This document shows positions 16,129-25,664 of a DNA stretch of 64,000 nt, piece by piece. How positions within the stretch are numbered: the first letter of the stretch is position 1; the number at the start of each line of letters is the position of its first letter. Source of the stretch: Nitrospinota bacterium (lineage in GTDB: Bacteria > Nitrospinota_A > UBA7883 > JACRLM01); the NCBI GenBank assembly GCA_016235255.1, contig JACRLM010000066.1, positions 4,179-68,178 on the forward strand. The letters run 5' to 3'. The position numbers and the translations under genes are program-made. Under the pieces are notes generated by a model, which searched no databases, was not told the DNA's origin, and worked only from the letters and a program-made list of their open reading frames with translations.

Positions 16129-17145
16129 ATGGGGCAGATGACAGATCACACAGCGGAAGTTTCTCCGGGCGGCAACGAGACGCCAAAAGTCCGCCCACGT
16201 ATAGCCGTTGTGATTCCTTGCTACAAGGTGGGAGATATGGCGCTGGGGGTGATCGAAAGGATCGGCCCGGAGGTAAATTCAATCTATGTGGTGGACGACG
16301 CATGCCCGGAAAAAATCGGCCAGAGGGTCCAGGAAAAATGCCGCGATCCAAGGGTGCGGGTCCTATTCCACGATATCAACCAGGGGGTTGGCGGGGCGGT
16401 GATGACCGGATACGCAAAGGCCCTTGAAGAGGGCGCGGACATCATCGTGAAGCTCGACGGCGACGGGCAGATGGACCCGGCCATGATCCCGCGCCTTGTA
16501 AAGCCGCTTATAGACGAAGAGGCGGACTATTCCAAGGGGAACCGTTTTTTTTCATTGGAGGCGGCGCGCTCCATGCCCGCGGTGCGCTGGTTCGGCAACA
16601 TCGGCCTGTCATTCCTGGCCAAGCTTTCGACAGGTTATTGGGACATATTCGACCCGGCCAACGGATTCACCGCCATAAACGCCACGGTACTGCGGCTTTT
16701 GCCCATGGAAAAAATAAGCCGCCGTTATTTTTTCGAGACCGACATGCTATTCCGGCTCAACACCATACAGGCCGTGGTGGCGGACATGCCCATGAACGCA
16801 AAATACGGCGACGAGAAGAGCGGCCTTAGCGTCACCTCCTCTTTCTTCGAGTTCTCCGCCCGGCATATCGCAAACCTGTTCAAGCGGATAATTTACAACT
16901 ATTATCTGCGCGACTTTAACATCGCCTCGCTGGAACTTGCCGCCGGGCTTGCCATGGGCTCCTTCGGGACCGTTTTCGGGCTTTACCACTGGATCACAAG
17001 CGTGGCCAGGGGCGAGGCGGCCACGGCAGGCACCGTGATGCTTGCGGCGCTGCCTGTGATCCTGGGGGCGCAGTTGATCCTGGCTTTCCTCTCGTTTGAC
17101 GTTAGCGCAAGGCCCGCATGGCCAATCTCAAAAAAGCTGAAGTGA
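16129..17145 (+). CDS. Family 2 glycosyltransferase of the polyprenyl-phosphate sugar synthase type (GtrB/ArnC/DPM1-like)
   Basis: IAVVIPCYKVGDMALGVIERI, VVDDACPE, VKLDGDGQMDP (DxD-type). Two C-terminal TM helices (LAAGLAMGSFGTVFGLYHWI; GTVMLAALPVILGAQLILAFL) are typical of the lipid-phosphate-sugar-forming GT2 subgroup. Confidence 0.8.
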   Translation: MGQMTDHTAEVSPGGNETPKVRPRIAVVIPCYKVGDMALGVIERIGPEVNSIYVVDDACPEKIGQRVQEKCRDPRVRVLFHDINQGVGGAVMTGYAKALEEGADIIVKLDGDGQMDPAMIPRLVKPLIDEEADYSKGNRFFSLEAARSMPAVRWFGNIGLSFLAKLSTGYWDIFDPANGFTAINATVLRLLPMEKISRRYFFETDMLFRLNTIQAVVADMPMNAKYGDEKSGLSVTSSFFEFSARHIANLFKRIIYNYYLRDFNIASLELAAGLAMGSFGTVFGLYHWITSVARGEAATAGTVMLAALPVILGAQLILAFLSFDVSARPAWPISKKLK

Positions 17146-18029
17146 TTGCGGACGGCGCTTCCATGGGCCAGGAGACGGTGGAGTATGTCAAAGGGAGCCT
17201 TACGGACGAGGAGATCGGCAAAACGGTCTCATTGCTAAAGGTTGTCTGGCCGGACGCGGGCTTTACCCGGGAATATATAAACTGGCTGTATCGTGAAAAT
17301 CCCTCCGGGCGGGCTGAAATATTCAATGCGTGGGACAAGGGGGAGATCGTCGCCCATTACGCGGCCATCCCGGTCAAGGCGCGCCTTTTCGGCGAGCTTG
17401 AAAAAGGGCTGCTGTCGCTGAATATCGCCGTGAGCCCCGCGCACAGGGCCAGGGGATACTTCAAGGCATTGGGATCTCGGACGTTTGAGAGCGCTTGTGA
17501 ACGCGGTTTTGGTTTCGCCGCCGGTGTAGCCAACGCAAACAGCACCTTGCTTTTCAGAAGACAACTGCGCTTCCAACTGGTCTGCCCCCTTGACGTGAAG
17601 ATCGGCGCTGGCCCAATCGCCCGATCTCCGGGGCGCGGCGGGGAGGAGCGGGACTATATCCAAAGCTGGGACGGGCAAACGCTCTCATGGCGTCTGCGCA
17701 GGCCGGGGGCAAAGTACAGGTGCATCAAACGAGTTGGATCCATGTCCGTATTCGCCCACACCGGCAAATACGGGATATGGGCCGTCATGAATGATATTGA
17801 CCCCGCCGGAGTCGCGCCGCCGGAGGCAGGCCATTTGCGATGGAATCCGCTTAACGTATGGATAGGACTAAATCCTGAATACGACTGGGCGAAATCGGCG
17901 TATATAAATCTTCCGGAACGGTTCAAGCCGTCACCACTTAATTTGATTTTCAGGGATTTGACCGGGCGTGGCCGCGTCCTTGATCCGCAAAAGACCGTTT
18001 TTTCCCTTCTCGACTTTGACGCGTACTGA
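17118..18029 (+). CDS. GNAT-family N-acyltransferase (putative)
   Basis: EYINWLYRENPSGRAEIFNAWDKGEIVAHYAAIPVKA...LSLNIAVSPAHRARGYFKALGSRTFESA resembles the GNAT acyl-CoA-binding core (R-x-x-G-x-G/A-like ARGYFKALG). The start is ambiguous: 17118 overlaps GT2 by 28 nt, and the alternative ATG is at 17163. Confidence 0.55.
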   Translation: MANLKKAEVIADGASMGQETVEYVKGSLTDEEIGKTVSLLKVVWPDAGFTREYINWLYRENPSGRAEIFNAWDKGEIVAHYAAIPVKARLFGELEKGLLSLNIAVSPAHRARGYFKALGSRTFESACERGFGFAAGVANANSTLLFRRQLRFQLVCPLDVKIGAGPIARSPGRGGEERDYIQSWDGQTLSWRLRRPGAKYRCIKRVGSMSVFAHTGKYGIWAVMNDIDPAGVAPPEAGHLRWNPLNVWIGLNPEYDWAKSAYINLPERFKPSPLNLIFRDLTGRGRVLDPQKTVFSLLDFDAY

Positions 18030-18030
18030 C

Positions 18031-18837
18031 ATGAGCGCCGGCAAGTCCGCGGCCCTGTTCTTCTTCCCCCATCAGGACGACGAGTACGGAGTCTTTCAGC
18101 AGATCGCCGATGATCTGCAATCAGGCCATCGTGTTTGTTGCGTCTATATTACCGATGGCGGCATGGTTATAAGTGAACGCCGCAACGCGGAGTCTCTGGC
18201 CGTGCTCAAGCGGTTGGGAGCGCAGCGGCAGGATGTCTTCTTCGCTGGCACGGAACTGGGTATCCCCGACGGCGGACTGCCGGAGCATCTGGAGACCGCC
18301 GCCGGATGGATACGCGGCTGGCTGACAGGCTTTGAGCGCGTGGCGGCGATATATGCGCCGGCATGGGAGGGGGGGCATCCCGATCACGACGCGCTTCATG
18401 CGTTAGTGGCTCATATCGCGCGGGAGCGGGGAATGCTGGAAATCGTCCGGCAGTATTCGCTATATAACAGCTATCAGCTCCCCGGCCCTCTGTTCAGGGT
18501 GTTTCTCCCGCTGCCGGAAAACGGCCAGGCCACAAGAACAAGGATTCCATGGAAAAACCGTTTCCGGTTCCTGCGCCTTTGCCTGTGCTATCCATCCCAG
18601 GCTAAAACATGGCTTGGGCTTTTCCCATGCGTCATGTTCCATTATCTGACCAAGGGCTCCCAACTGCTTCAGCCGGTCTCGGCCGGGCGGATCGGCCAGC
18701 GCCCCCACGAAGGGAGGCTGTACTACGAAAAGCGGAGTTTTTTCACATGGGAGAAAATGAGCGCATGCCTTGCCAACTGGCAGTCCGCCCAAGGAATTGG
18801 CGTGGACGCGCCCGGCGGTGGTAAAATCGGCAAATGA
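18031..18837 (+). CDS. PIG-L / LmbE-family N-acetylglucosaminyl deacetylase
   Basis: The start is taken as MSAGKSAALFFFPHQDDE at 18031, 2 nt after the GNAT stop. Metal-binding motifs of the family are present: PHQDDE and GGHPDHDALH. Confidence 0.75.
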   Translation: MSAGKSAALFFFPHQDDEYGVFQQIADDLQSGHRVCCVYITDGGMVISERRNAESLAVLKRLGAQRQDVFFAGTELGIPDGGLPEHLETAAGWIRGWLTGFERVAAIYAPAWEGGHPDHDALHALVAHIARERGMLEIVRQYSLYNSYQLPGPLFRVFLPLPENGQATRTRIPWKNRFRFLRLCLCYPSQAKTWLGLFPCVMFHYLTKGSQLLQPVSAGRIGQRPHEGRLYYEKRSFFTWEKMSACLANWQSAQGIGVDAPGGGKIGK

Positions 18838-20750
18838 ATATGCGCGCAAGGGCCGTCATGCTGGCCGTTTCAGGGGCATTATGCCTGGCCCTTTTCACCG
18901 CGGTTTTCCAGATGTATAACCATTCCATTTACTACCCAGACCAGAATGCGCGCGGTGATTTCTGGCGGGGGATATCGGAGTATGCGGCCGATCCTTCGAC
19001 CGGGAAAATACCGTTTCAAATTCCCGGCCCGCAGGACCAATGGGCCGGCCCAGGGGCCAAAAAGATTGCGCTTCCAGTCCATTCCTTGGCCGGCGCGGAG
19101 CTTGTCATTAAACTTGCCGACACCCACCCCTCCCAACCTCCGGAGCTAATGGTGGAAGCCGATGGCCGCGTTTTGAGAATGTTTCAAACACCCGCCGGAA
19201 GCGGCCAGTCCGAAGGCAAGTGGCTTGAGGCCGGCGGAAAGTCCGCGTTCACGGTGCATGTCCCCGCCAACTTGCTCCGGCCCAACACCATAGTCCACTT
19301 AAGCTCGGCGAAAGGTTCATGGGCGGCCATCGAGTCCATCGAAATAAGCCCGGACGTCCCTTTGTGGAGCGTTATCGGCTCCTTGACGCTGCTGCTTGCG
19401 CTGCTTTACTCGCTCAGGTCATACCCGCCACGGATCCGCGGCTTTATCGTGTCCGTGGACTGGGCCATCCCGGGGCGGATATTTTTCGCGGGGGTCATCG
19501 CCCTTACCGTGCTCAGCTTCGAGGCTCCCGATTGGGACAAAGTCTCCTTGCAGCCCGATTCGTCCGGGTATATGCCTCCGGCCGACAGTTACCGCACATA
19601 CGGCTATCCGCTGTTCATAAAGCTTGTGGCCGGGGACAACCTCAGGGAGGACCTGCATGATTTCAACGCGAAACGCGGCCGCTTCGTGGCCGTGGCAAGG
19701 GCGCAGAAGATTGTTCTGTTCTTTTCGTTGCTGGCCCTGTTTTTCAGCCTTTCCGCCGTTGTGACCACATTCCCGGCGTTCGTGTTCTGCTATTGGTTCT
19801 ACCTGTCCGGATTTCTTGTCAATCCTTACTCCGGCGGGAGCGCGCTGCTGGCCGAGACGCTCACGCAGTCATTTGTTCTGCTGGCCGTCTCGTCCCTTTT
19901 ACTATCGTTGCGCTGGCCCGGCCTGATTTTGTCCACTTCCTGCGCCCTTTTCTCCGGGCTTGCCATGACCGCAAGGCCGGACAGCGCATATACCGTCCTT
20001 TTCCTGGGGGCGGTGGCTGTCATCCTTTACTCAAGAAAGCGCGGACGCTGGCTTGCATACAGCCTGATCCCGGCGCTGCTCTTCGGGGGCATTTATGTTT
20101 CCATGTCTGGTTCCGTGTCCTCGATGCAAAGCCAGACACAGATGCGCGTGGCCCTTCAATTTGTCACCGAGGAGGACATCGCCAATCTGCCGGACGAGGA
20201 AGCGAAGGCTTTTATCAGGAAATGCCTGGAGTTTAAAAAAGAAAGCGATTTGAAAATATTGCGCGGCCGCGACCGCCGCGAGGTTCCCGATTTCGAGTTT
20301 TATGACCCGAATTTTTTTGACGTGGCGGGCAAGGCCTTTGCGCAGACGCCGGGAAAAGACCCGGAGGCGCTGATGAAAAAGACCGCGCCGCTGATATTGG
20401 CCGCCCACCGCATGGAATGGCTGCGTGTCACATATGAGGGATTCTATTACGGCGCCAGACTGATGACCCGTTTTGGAAGCGAAGCGCTGGGGCTGTCGCT
20501 GGTCAATTACATCCCGTATATTCTGCTGACGCTGGCGGCCCTGGCCCTCCTTGAAGCGGAAATCGGAGCCGTCTGCCTGGCCCTTTTTCTTGGGCACCTT
20601 TTGCATTCGTTCATATGCTCGGTGTATCTGCATCCGCAGGAAAGGTACATCTTCGCTTCCGAATGGCTTGTGGTTCTGGCGGCGTACCTGGCGGTGTTCG
20701 CGTTTTACGATATCGGAATAAGGCGGGCCCGTTCCGGGGCCGCCCGTTAG
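18834..20750 (+). CDS. Large polytopic membrane protein; possibly a GT-C-type (ArnT/PMT-like) glycosyltransferase, function uncertain
   Basis: The ATGA overlap with the upstream gene implies translational coupling. There is one N-terminal TM helix, then a ~150-aa extracytoplasmic domain, then about 11 more hydrophobic helices. A loop reads PDSSGYMPPADSYRTYGYPLFIKL, an acidic/aromatic loop reminiscent of GT-C first-loop motifs. No diagnostic motif is recognised with certainty. Confidence 0.5.
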   Translation: MNMRARAVMLAVSGALCLALFTAVFQMYNHSIYYPDQNARGDFWRGISEYAADPSTGKIPFQIPGPQDQWAGPGAKKIALPVHSLAGAELVIKLADTHPSQPPELMVEADGRVLRMFQTPAGSGQSEGKWLEAGGKSAFTVHVPANLLRPNTIVHLSSAKGSWAAIESIEISPDVPLWSVIGSLTLLLALLYSLRSYPPRIRGFIVSVDWAIPGRIFFAGVIALTVLSFEAPDWDKVSLQPDSSGYMPPADSYRTYGYPLFIKLVAGDNLREDLHDFNAKRGRFVAVARAQKIVLFFSLLALFFSLSAVVTTFPAFVFCYWFYLSGFLVNPYSGGSALLAETLTQSFVLLAVSSLLLSLRWPGLILSTSCALFSGLAMTARPDSAYTVLFLGAVAVILYSRKRGRWLAYSLIPALLFGGIYVSMSGSVSSMQSQTQMRVALQFVTEEDIANLPDEEAKAFIRKCLEFKKESDLKILRGRDRREVPDFEFYDPNFFDVAGKAFAQTPGKDPEALMKKTAPLILAAHRMEWLRVTYEGFYYGARLMTRFGSEALGLSLVNYIPYILLTLAALALLEAEIGAVCLALFLGHLLHSFICSVYLHPQERYIFASEWLVVLAAYLAVFAFYDIGIRRARSGAAR

Positions 20751-20840
20751 ACAGCCAGACCCTGGCGGGCTAAAAGCGCGGGAAAATCACTGCGACAGCG
20801 CCTTCCAATACCGCGGGCGCGGACCCGGCGCATTGAAAAA

Positions 20841-20917
20841 TGGTGCGCCCGGCAGGATTCGAACCTGCGGCCTACGGATTAGAAGTCCGTTGCTCTATCC
20901 TGCTGAGCTACGGGCGC
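20841..20917 (-). tRNA. tRNA-Arg (anticodon UCU), CCA encoded
   Basis: The reverse complement reads GCGCCCG-TA-GCTC-AGCAGGATA-GAGC-A-ACGGA-CTTCTAA-TCCGT-AGGCC-GCAGG-TTCGAAT-CCTGC-CGGGCGC-A-CCA. All four stems are perfect, U33 and the TTCGAAT T-loop are present, and the anticodon is TCT. Length 77 nt. Confidence 0.95.
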
Positions 20918-21199
20918 CACGTTTGTTTATTTCAAACCATCGCGGCGTTTAATTCAAGCCGATATTCGCTCAGACCCGTTTTTTGCCGCCGTTTTCAGCC
21001 CTGTTTCGCGTTTCACGCGCCGCGCTGTGGATATTATCCCTAACATCGGGATGTCCGCAACGTTTATCGGGGACGGGAAAGGAGGCATAAAACGACTATC
21101 ATGAAAATATAGTTGAATTTCATGGCGCACTCTTATATATATAGCGGGGTAGAGCGCGAGGGGGGAGCAAAAACGCTTGTCAAACATTGGAGACGGAAC

Positions 21200-21709
21200 A
21201 TGAACGAGACTCTGGAAAACAAACCTTCGGCGGTGAGTGGTAATTTGGAAGATGATGCCATGGGAATAGTCCGAAAGCACGTTTACGCGGCCATGGGTTT
21301 CGGGCTTCTGCCAATCCCCGGTTTTGACATTGTGGCCATGACCGGCACACAGCTGAACCTCGTGAGGATGCTGTCGAACCTTTACGGCGTCGGCTTTAAG
21401 AAAGAGGCGGTCAAGGGGATCATCGGTTCGCTTGTGGGCGGGTTCACTCCGGTCGCTTTCGCGGCTCCGGTGGCATCGCTGCTCAAGCTGATACCCGTGG
21501 TCGGCCAGACGGCCGGCGGGCTTTCCCTTTCACTCACCGGCGGCGCATCTACGTACGCCCTGGGCAAGGTGTTCATCCAGCACTTTGCGTCCGGCGGAAC
21601 GATGCTCACCTTCGATCCGGCCGCGATGAAGAACTATTACACCGAGAAGTACTGCGAGGGGATCAAGGTCGCCTCCGAAATGAAGGAAGCGAAGGCCAAA
21701 GGCGCCTGA
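21200..21709 (+). CDS. DUF697-like small membrane-associated protein
   Basis: The start is taken at the ATG at 21200, preceded by ggagacgg. LPIPGFDIVAMTGTQLNLVRMLSNLYGV...LLKLIPVVGQTAGGLSLSLTGGASTYALGKVFIQHF follows the DUF697 pattern (IPxPxxD...Q..M...YG...L.K.IPG.G...GG...A.T.ALG.A). Confidence 0.55.
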   Translation: MNETLENKPSAVSGNLEDDAMGIVRKHVYAAMGFGLLPIPGFDIVAMTGTQLNLVRMLSNLYGVGFKKEAVKGIIGSLVGGFTPVAFAAPVASLLKLIPVVGQTAGGLSLSLTGGASTYALGKVFIQHFASGGTMLTFDPAAMKNYYTEKYCEGIKVASEMKEAKAKGA

Positions 21710-21728
21710 GCGAACACTGTTGAACGTT

Positions 21729-21766
21729 CCCGCCGGTGTTTTTGCGCCGGCGGGTTTTTATTTTTG
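21729..21766 (+). terminator. Rho-independent terminator
   Basis: cccgccgg (21729..21736) pairs with ccggcggg (21747..21754) and is followed by tttttattttt. It lies 20 nt after the stop at 21709. Confidence 0.6.
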
Positions 21767-21826
21767 CGCGCCCGGCGGCCAGCCTTGAGCGCGGCTTTTT
21801 GTCTGGCCTGTTTTTCTCTTCCGGCG

Positions 21827-21855
21827 TTGACCAGCCAATCCGCGCGTAATATCAT
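21827..21855 (+). promoter_or_regulatory. Candidate sigma70-type promoter for the ABC exporter gene
   Basis: TTGACC (21827..21832), a 17-nt spacer, then TATCAT (21850..21855). A small hairpin agccc-ttg-gggct lies just downstream. This is a hand scan only. Confidence 0.35.
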
Positions 21856-21906
21856 TAGGAGCCCTTGGGGGCTTCATTGGTGGCGTGGCAATCAGCATAA
21901 TTAAAG

Positions 21907-23565
21907 ATGACGAACATAAACCGCGGTTACGGATTCTCCACGATCGTTAATTTCTACAGGAGGGAGGTGGAGTCCCCCGGAACCAGGATACTGATAATGG
22001 CCACGGTGTCCGGCATTTCCGGAGCCGTGCTGCTGGGCCTTATCAACATGGCGGCGCAGATGGCCTCTGAGCGGGAGATACACGCCCGGCTGTTCTCGTT
22101 GTTCATCGCCGCGCTCCTTCTTTACATATACACCAGAAGATTCGCCCTCGAAGAGGCCACCAGCGGGGCCGAAGTGGCGGTGAACAAGGTTCGGGTGCGG
22201 ATCACGGACAAACTGCGCCGGGCGGACCTGCAATTCATCGAGGGAGTCGGGGACACCAAGATATACACCCGGATAAGCCAGGAGACCGCGCTGTTGTCCC
22301 AGGCCGCGTTCATCATCGTGGACGCGCTGCAGTCGGTGATACTGCTTGTGGCGTGCTTTGCCTACATATTCATTATATCCGGCCTTGCGTTCATGATGAC
22401 AGTCGCGGCGATCGCCGTGGGCATTTCCCTCTATTTCGTGAACACCAAGGAAATAAACAGGGAGATGCGGCAGGCCGCCGCCAAGGAAGAGGAGTTTTTC
22501 GAGCTGCTCAGCCACGTGCTGGCGGGATTTAAGGAGATAAAGCTAAACCACAGGCGCAACGAGGAGATTTACCGGGTCATAAAGGGAGTGGCGGACGAGA
22601 CCCAGCGGCTCAAGCTGAACACCAACAGCAAGTTTCTTGTGGACTACATGTTCGGCCAGGTGTTCTTTTACGCATTGCTGGGCGTAATGGTCTTCGTGCT
22701 GCCGGCGATGGTGGAGATAGACGCAAAGGACGTGGCCAAGCTTGCCTCCACGCTTCTTTTCATCATCGGGCCGCTGACGGCGGCGGTGTCGTCCGTGCAG
22801 ATATTCTCCAAGACCTCCATTTCCATAGAAAACCTGTACTCGCTGGAGGAAATGATAGACAACTCCACGAAGCTCGCCGCTTCCGCCCCCCCGCCCCCCG
22901 TCACCCCGGCCTTTGAGCTGATAACCCTGGAGAACCTGGTGTTCAATTATATGGACCAGACCGGCGCGAGCGCGTTCCAGGTGGGGCCTGTGGACATGGA
23001 GATAAAGCGGGGAGAGACCATATTTCTGGTGGGCGGCAACGGATCGGGCAAGTCCACGCTGTTAAAGCTTATGACGGGGCTTTACAATCCGCGGTCGGGC
23101 AAAATAAAGATAGACGGGAAATTTGTGGAGGCCTCCGGAATGCAGGGATACCGGGAGTATTTCACCGCGATCTTCGGCGATTTCCACCTTTTCGACAGGC
23201 TTTACGGGCTTGAGGGGGTGGCCGACGGGAGGGTGGACGAGCTTTTGCGCCTGGTGATGCTGGAAAAGAAGACCGAATTCAGGGACGGCAAGTTTTCCAA
23301 CCTGGAGCTTTCCACCGGGCAGCGCAAAAGGCTGGCCCTGGTGGTGTCGTTCCTGGAGGACAAACCCATATATGTGTTTGACGAGTGGGCGGCCGACCAG
23401 GATCCGGAGTTCCGCCGGTTTTTCTACGACACCATCCTGTCCGGGCTCAAGGAGCGGGGGAAGACCGTGATAGCCGTCTCGCACGACGACCGTTATTTCA
23501 AGCACGCCGACAGGACGTTGCGCATGGACTACGGCCGGGTTGTGGAAGCCACCGATAACAGATAA
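21907..23565 (+). CDS. Cyclic-peptide export ABC transporter (fused permease-ATPase, SyrD/PvdE/YojI type)
   Basis: 552 aa. The N-terminal six-helix permease part has the family-typical start (ILIMATVSGISGAVLLGLINMAAQ). Walker A is GGNGSGKST, the ABC signature is LSTGQRKRLALV, and Walker B is IYVFDEWAADQD. Confidence 0.85.
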   Translation: MTNINRGYGFSTIVNFYRREVESPGTRILIMATVSGISGAVLLGLINMAAQMASEREIHARLFSLFIAALLLYIYTRRFALEEATSGAEVAVNKVRVRITDKLRRADLQFIEGVGDTKIYTRISQETALLSQAAFIIVDALQSVILLVACFAYIFIISGLAFMMTVAAIAVGISLYFVNTKEINREMRQAAAKEEEFFELLSHVLAGFKEIKLNHRRNEEIYRVIKGVADETQRLKLNTNSKFLVDYMFGQVFFYALLGVMVFVLPAMVEIDAKDVAKLASTLLFIIGPLTAAVSSVQIFSKTSISIENLYSLEEMIDNSTKLAASAPPPPVTPAFELITLENLVFNYMDQTGASAFQVGPVDMEIKRGETIFLVGGNGSGKSTLLKLMTGLYNPRSGKIKIDGKFVEASGMQGYREYFTAIFGDFHLFDRLYGLEGVADGRVDELLRLVMLEKKTEFRDGKFSNLELSTGQRKRLALVVSFLEDKPIYVFDEWAADQDPEFRRFFYDTILSGLKERGKTVIAVSHDDRYFKHADRTLRMDYGRVVEATDNR

Positions 23566-23571
23566 CATACT

Positions 23572-24450
23572 TTGACCAAAGCGGACGGAAAAATGGAAGA
23601 AAAGAAAACGCTAAGACAAAGGATCAGGGAACGGCTGTACCGGAACCTGCCTTACCTGATAATACTTTCCATAACCCTGATATTCCTGTTCATATTATTC
23701 TTCCCCAGGATTGTGATAACCATCCACGCCGGCCGGGCCGGGGTGCTGTACAAAAGGCTGACGGTGGGAACCGTGACCGACTATGTGTACCCTGAAGGGC
23801 TGTACCTTATCGCCCCATGGAACAGGATGTACATCTACAACGTGCGCAAGCAGGTGGTGACGAAGGACTACAGTTTCATGACGGCCAAGGGGCTGCCGGT
23901 GACGCTCACCATATCCATACGCTATCAGCCGGACTACGATTTCCTCGGGTACCTGCACAAATCGCTGGGTCCGGACTATCTGGACGTGGTGGTGTGGCCC
24001 AGCGTGGAGGCGACGATAAGGCAGGTCATCAGCAAGTTGAACGTGGAGGAGGTCTATTCCACGCAGGAATCGGTGCTAAGCAAGCTTGTCAACGAGGCGC
24101 TGGACGACGCCGCCAGCGGATTTGTGATGATCGACGATGTTCTTATAAGGAAGGTGAGCCTTCCCGCCAACATCCAGACGGCGGTGGAAAAGAAGCTCAC
24201 CAACGAACAGGAGTTCCAGGCGTATGAGTTCATCCTGAAGAAAGAGGCGCAGGAGGCGGAGCGCAAGCGCATAGAGGCGCGAGGCATAAGAGACTTCCAG
24301 GCGACCGTGAAGGAGACGCTGAACGCCGACGTGCTCAAGCTTCGCGGAGTGATGGCCACCGAGCAGCTGGCGACATCCCAGAACGCCAAGACGATAGTGA
24401 TCGGCGGAGGCAAGGACGGGCTGCCTGTGATATTGAATGGCAAAGAATGA
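23572..24450 (+). CDS. SPFH/band-7 (prohibitin-like) membrane protein
   Basis: N-terminal TM helix (LIILSITLIFLFILFF), then an SPFH core (IHAGRAGVLYKRL...GLYLIAPW...VTKDYSFMTAKGLPVTLTISIRYQP) and a coiled-coil tail (EQEFQAYEFILKKEAQEAERKRIEARG). The listed start 23572 is TTG; the ATG at 23593 is an alternative. Confidence 0.85.
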   Translation: MTKADGKMEEKKTLRQRIRERLYRNLPYLIILSITLIFLFILFFPRIVITIHAGRAGVLYKRLTVGTVTDYVYPEGLYLIAPWNRMYIYNVRKQVVTKDYSFMTAKGLPVTLTISIRYQPDYDFLGYLHKSLGPDYLDVVVWPSVEATIRQVISKLNVEEVYSTQESVLSKLVNEALDDAASGFVMIDDVLIRKVSLPANIQTAVEKKLTNEQEFQAYEFILKKEAQEAERKRIEARGIRDFQATVKETLNADVLKLRGVMATEQLATSQNAKTIVIGGGKDGLPVILNGKE

Positions 24451-25649
24451 CATTTCCACCTGAAGGCCGTTTGCGGCCCTGGCCCCTTTTGGCCGCCGGA
24501 TATACGGGAAGAACGGTTTACGCATGCCTGGTTTTGGCGGCATGTTTTTTCATTATGTCGTGCCAGGACGGGCAGTCAACCGGGGCTGTCCGCAACGCCC
24601 GCGTGATGGACAGCGGGGAGGCGGTGATCGGCATTGTCTATCCCCGGGAGAAGACCGGCGAATCCTTCGCCAACGGCGCGCTTCTGGCGGTGGATGAGAT
24701 TAACGCACGCGGCGGGATAATGGGAAAGAAGCTGGCGCTGGAGATAATGGACGACCGGGGGGACCCCAGGGTCAGCGTGGAGATGGCGAAAAAAATAGCG
24801 AAAGACATGGACATCATCGCCGTCATCGGCCATCTTTCATCCGACGCGGCCATAGCCTCATCGCTGGCATATCATATCAATGACATGCTGTTCATGGCGC
24901 CCCAGGCCGCATCGCCATACCTTACGATGCACAAGTTCGAGACCGTTTTCCGCACCATTTCCAGCGACAGGCTGGTGGCGGCTAAGGCCCTTGAGTACAT
25001 GAAGAATAAAGGACTGACCAAGTTGATCATCGCCAACGAACAGTCCAGGTACGGAGTTGACCTTTCGCACTTGATGATCGCGCATTCAAAGGAGTTCGGG
25101 ATTACCGTGGTATCGCAGAAAAATTACTTTAACGCCGACACGGATTTCCGGCGCGGGCTGATCGGGATGCAGGACATGGACTTTGACGCGGTTTTCATAG
25201 CCGGCGGCTTTCCGGCGGGGGCGATCCTGATCCGGCAGATAAGGGAGATGGGCTTTAATCAGCCGATTTTCACCGGCGGCGCCCTGAACTCCCCGAAACT
25301 TATGGAGATCGCCGGAAAAGCCGCCGAAGGGGTGGTGTCCGCCAGCCATTTTTCCATGAGCGACCCCATTCCGGAGATGGCGGCCTTCGTCGCCAAATAC
25401 AGGGCGCGCTTTAAGGAGGAGCCGGAGCAGAATTCCGCGCGCAGTTACGAGGCGGTGTCGTTGCTGGCGCAGTCGCTTGAAAAATCGAAAAGTTTCAATC
25501 CCGTGGTAGTGGCCTCCACCTTCAAGGTGTACAAGCAGTGGCGCGGGCTCACGGGGCTGTATGATTTCACCCGTTACGGAGACGTAACAGGGCACAAGCT
25601 GTATCTGGAAACGGTGAAGAACGGCAAGTTTGAGCTTTTGATCGACTGA
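24447..25649 (+). CDS. Periplasmic substrate-binding protein, type I (Leu/Ile/Val-binding, LivK-like)
   Basis: ATGA overlap with the SPFH gene. It has a signal/lipobox-like LVLAACFFIMSC, then IGIVYP...GALLAVDEINARGGIMGKKLALEIMDDRGDP...AVIGHLSSD, typical of ABC branched-chain amino-acid binding proteins. No cognate permease or ATPase genes are adjacent. Confidence 0.8.
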   Translation: MTFPPEGRLRPWPLLAAGYTGRTVYACLVLAACFFIMSCQDGQSTGAVRNARVMDSGEAVIGIVYPREKTGESFANGALLAVDEINARGGIMGKKLALEIMDDRGDPRVSVEMAKKIAKDMDIIAVIGHLSSDAAIASSLAYHINDMLFMAPQAASPYLTMHKFETVFRTISSDRLVAAKALEYMKNKGLTKLIIANEQSRYGVDLSHLMIAHSKEFGITVVSQKNYFNADTDFRRGLIGMQDMDFDAVFIAGGFPAGAILIRQIREMGFNQPIFTGGALNSPKLMEIAGKAAEGVVSASHFSMSDPIPEMAAFVAKYRARFKEEPEQNSARSYEAVSLLAQSLEKSKSFNPVVVASTFKVYKQWRGLTGLYDFTRYGDVTGHKLYLETVKNGKFELLID

Positions 25650-25664
25650 TTATACGGCGGGGAG

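Noticed and set aside
15811-16149. A 113-codon N-terminal extension of dsbD in the listed ORF 14014..16149.
   Set aside because: The extension precedes a canonical signal peptide (MMKRFLLALFAVALAAQAGWA) and is translated from the GC-hairpin cluster. The ATG pair at 15810/15807 is the plausible start.
20751-21199. A tRNA-Arg-anchored genomic island hypothesis for either the glycosyl-modification operon or the NRPS-PKS cluster.
   Set aside because: There is no integrase, no direct repeat of the tRNA 3' end visible in the window, and no obvious compositional break on either side of the tRNA. The idea cannot be supported from this sequence alone.
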